This document shows positions 36,751 to 39,180 of a stretch of DNA of 39,180 bases, one piece after another. Within the stretch, counting starts at the first letter, position 1, and each line of letters starts with the position of its first letter. A model generated the notes under the pieces. That model made no database searches and was not told the origin of the DNA. It was given only the letters and a program-made list of their open reading frames with translations. Position numbers and translations under genes: made by a program. Origin of the DNA: Nemertoderma westbladi (Eukaryota; Animalia; Xenacoelomorpha); contig JAUCBJ010007283.1 in assembly GCA_032718475.1 (NCBI GenBank), positions 1 to 39,180 on the forward strand. The letters run 5' to 3'.

Positions 36751-37693
36751 GTGTCCCACTCCTGCCTGAGCCAGTTGAGCCAAAACGTCATCCAGTCATC
36801 ATCTTTAACCTTCATAATGTCTATCAGCTGCCCAACCGAACAATCTTTGTGCCTATTGACATGACAGTGACATTGGTTTTTCACCTTTTTCACACCTTTC
36901 AAGTACAACATTGTGGACAATCCATCTAAGTGGGGCGTAACGCGGAGCAGAACAGGAAACGCAGGTCACAAGTTAGTTTTTCGAAACTGTGCGGCGATTT
37001 CCAGTTACTTGAGTCATGTTTCATCGAAATACGTGAACGTGACAATGTATGTGCACTCAGATGGGCGATGGGCTATTCTTTTGAATATCAATGGGCTATT
37101 CTATGCTACCGTGAGAGGTAAGAATGCCAGTGCTAGCAACTTCATTATGATACGTAGGGGTAGGAGGTAGATAGCACTTTTTAGGTCATGTCTTTGAAAT
37201 GATGAATATGATGTAAATAGAGTTCCAATGTTCCTATGAACTCGAAAGAGGTATCATTGGAACCGCAATTGCCGATTTAGTGGGTATAGAACACACTTTT
37301 GAAGACCACTGATCAATAGTTTCGCAGCAATACTAATGTTCAATAAATATAGGTAACGGTGACTTTAAGGGGAAAATAATTGTGCGGTGAGAGATCCTAT
37401 ATAAAATGCTTTGCGCATCATTGTTTACTTAGGTGCATTTTTGGAAAAATATTTTCATTGGATTTGCTTGAAATTTGGAACATATGTTCAGGTCACATTA
37501 TGGTTCAAAACCATGAAACATTGATACATATACTTTGTAAGGAATTTGGTAGCAATATGAATTATGATAATGGAAAAAAGACCTATCGCGCACTAAAGCA
37601 TTAAGCTCAAGCATGATATCCAATTATGACAAGTCCATATATTTAATGTTGTGGGGTGACGTCGAGCATGGCATGAGCATATTGATGGAGCAC

Positions 37694-38025
37694 ATGATGA
37701 GCCTCCAGGGGGCTGGAGGGAAGGACGAGCTGGGATGAGGGTCTTGCTACGTATATTCATAAAAGAGTTTATGTCCATATGCGCATTTTCCCCATTCCGA
37801 AGGAAATTTCTTCCACTCCCTGACTTCCAAACACCACTATTTCATTTTATTTGTAAATTTGCTTTGAATTTTATATAATTTGGTTATTTTAATGTTTAAT
37901 ATAATCCGCTGAAGTCACCCGAAATTGGCAAAATGCGCATGCGGACATAAACTCTTTTACTAATATACATGGCAAGAACCTCATCCCAGTTCGTCCTTCC
38001 CTGCATCCCCCTGGAGGCTGATCAT
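37694..38025. mobile_element. MITE-like foldback with ~95-bp imperfect IRs
   Basis: ATGATGAGCCTCCAGGGGG...GCGCATTTT vs AAAATGCGC...CCCCCTGGAGGCTGATCAT; no TSD resolved. Confidence 0.7.
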
Positions 38026-38659
38026 ATAATTATGACAAGGGCAATAAAGTGCATGATTTTTTAAGGAAAAGATTACCAGTAATGCACTCAGAAAGTTTCA
38101 ATGGAAAAGCTGAGAAAGTGCACCCAAAGGTTGGAAAATAATGGTTCGCGTAAAACTGACATAAAGAAAACCATATCGAGAAATATAGAAATATATCATA
38201 TAGAAATCATAGATTCCACCGATACTATCACAACTAATCAGTCAGCATATATACCATCTAAAACATTCCTGCTCCATATATTCAGTTTCTTTCTTCCATA
38301 TTTAGTCAGCCAGCCACAAGCAATCGGGTCCTGACTAGTGATGGGCCTGGCAGCGTAAATAACTTTTATTTAACTTTTATTATGGAAAAATGTATATAGT
38401 TATACTGTTATATATGTATAATTATAATACTATTGAATAGTGTTACTACAGTACTAGGCCCTTACTTTGCCCACGATATCTATTTATAATGTTCTCAAGA
38501 TGGTGATTTTTGGCTAAGATCAGTTAGTGAGTCAATTTTTAATACACTTCGAGTAGAGGGATGTTATAAAAATTTTATTTAAAATTTATTAAAATCTTAA
38601 CTCATTATTAGTAAATTAAGTTTAAATTTTATAATTTAATTAAATGTAAATTAAAAGTA

Positions 38660-39180
38660 AATTTGTGGTTCCAATGAGAATTTATTTCAAGTTCAGATGA
38701 GTATACAACATGATTTCTGATCACTATAGGCATAGGGCAGTAGGGTGAAAAGTAACAAAGAAAATTGGGAAGTGTCATGCTGAAAAAATTGTTTGCTGTG
38801 GAAAAATAATTTTTTAATTCACTAAACAGTAAGCTGACGATTGCGGTTCCAATGAGACTATTTCAACTTCATACGACCTTCCAAACTCTTGTTACAACAT
38901 ATTATGACTTCTGATCACTACGCGCCTAGGTTGAAAAGTCGATTTTTGACATGTCTCTTACTGAAAAATTGTTCGCTGTTGAAAAATAAATATTTTTTAA
39001 CCCAGTAACAGTAAACCGACGATTGCGGTTCCAATGAGACTATTTTCAACTTTATACGACCTTCCAAACTCTTGTTACAACATATTATGACTTCTGATCA
39101 CTACGCGCCTAGGTTGAAAAGTCGATTTTTGACATGTCTCTTACTGAAAAATTGTTCGCTGTTGAAAAATAAATATTTTT
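38660..39180 (+). repeat. ~180-bp tandem repeat running off the window end
   Basis: GGTTCCAATGAGA at 38667, 38845, 39027; last two copies nearly identical. Confidence 0.9.

Larger units (their letters stand above)
30173..37154. repeat. Large inverted duplication: arms 30173-34431 and 34633-37154, ~200-bp spacer
   Basis: CGTATCATAATGAAGTTG... pairs with ...CAACTTCATTATGATACG; mirrored ORFs (MDNPSKWGVTRSR on - at 30408 and on + at 36913); arms collinear apart from insertions. Confidence 0.92.

Overview
Eukaryotic, AT-rich, almost entirely repetitive DNA, most likely from a bilaterian invertebrate; no host gene exons or RNA genes recognised. 1-17090 is a head-to-tail array of about 2.0-2.7 kb non-autonomous Helitron-like units (5' TC, (TGTC)n, 3' hairpin + CTAG). 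Each unit carries an internal 146-bp tandem repeat with a co-oriented CTCF-like motif (CCGCTAGAGGGCG), and one unit is interrupted by a 500-bp insert with a palindromic 41/39-bp array. A second HINE/DINE-like element with the same 146-bp period and motif lies at ~19961-21535. The rest holds MITEs (TA-TSD; MULE-like with 11-bp TSD), a decayed CR1-type LINE, SINE/LINE tail fragments and minisatellites. A ~7-kb inverted duplication (30173-37154) carries a young 5'-truncated RTE LINE in one arm and a 209-bp structured insert in the other, each with its empty site preserved in the opposite arm. Short TA-N(n)-TA insertions resembling transposon excision footprints are frequent. All coordinates and counts were made by eye.
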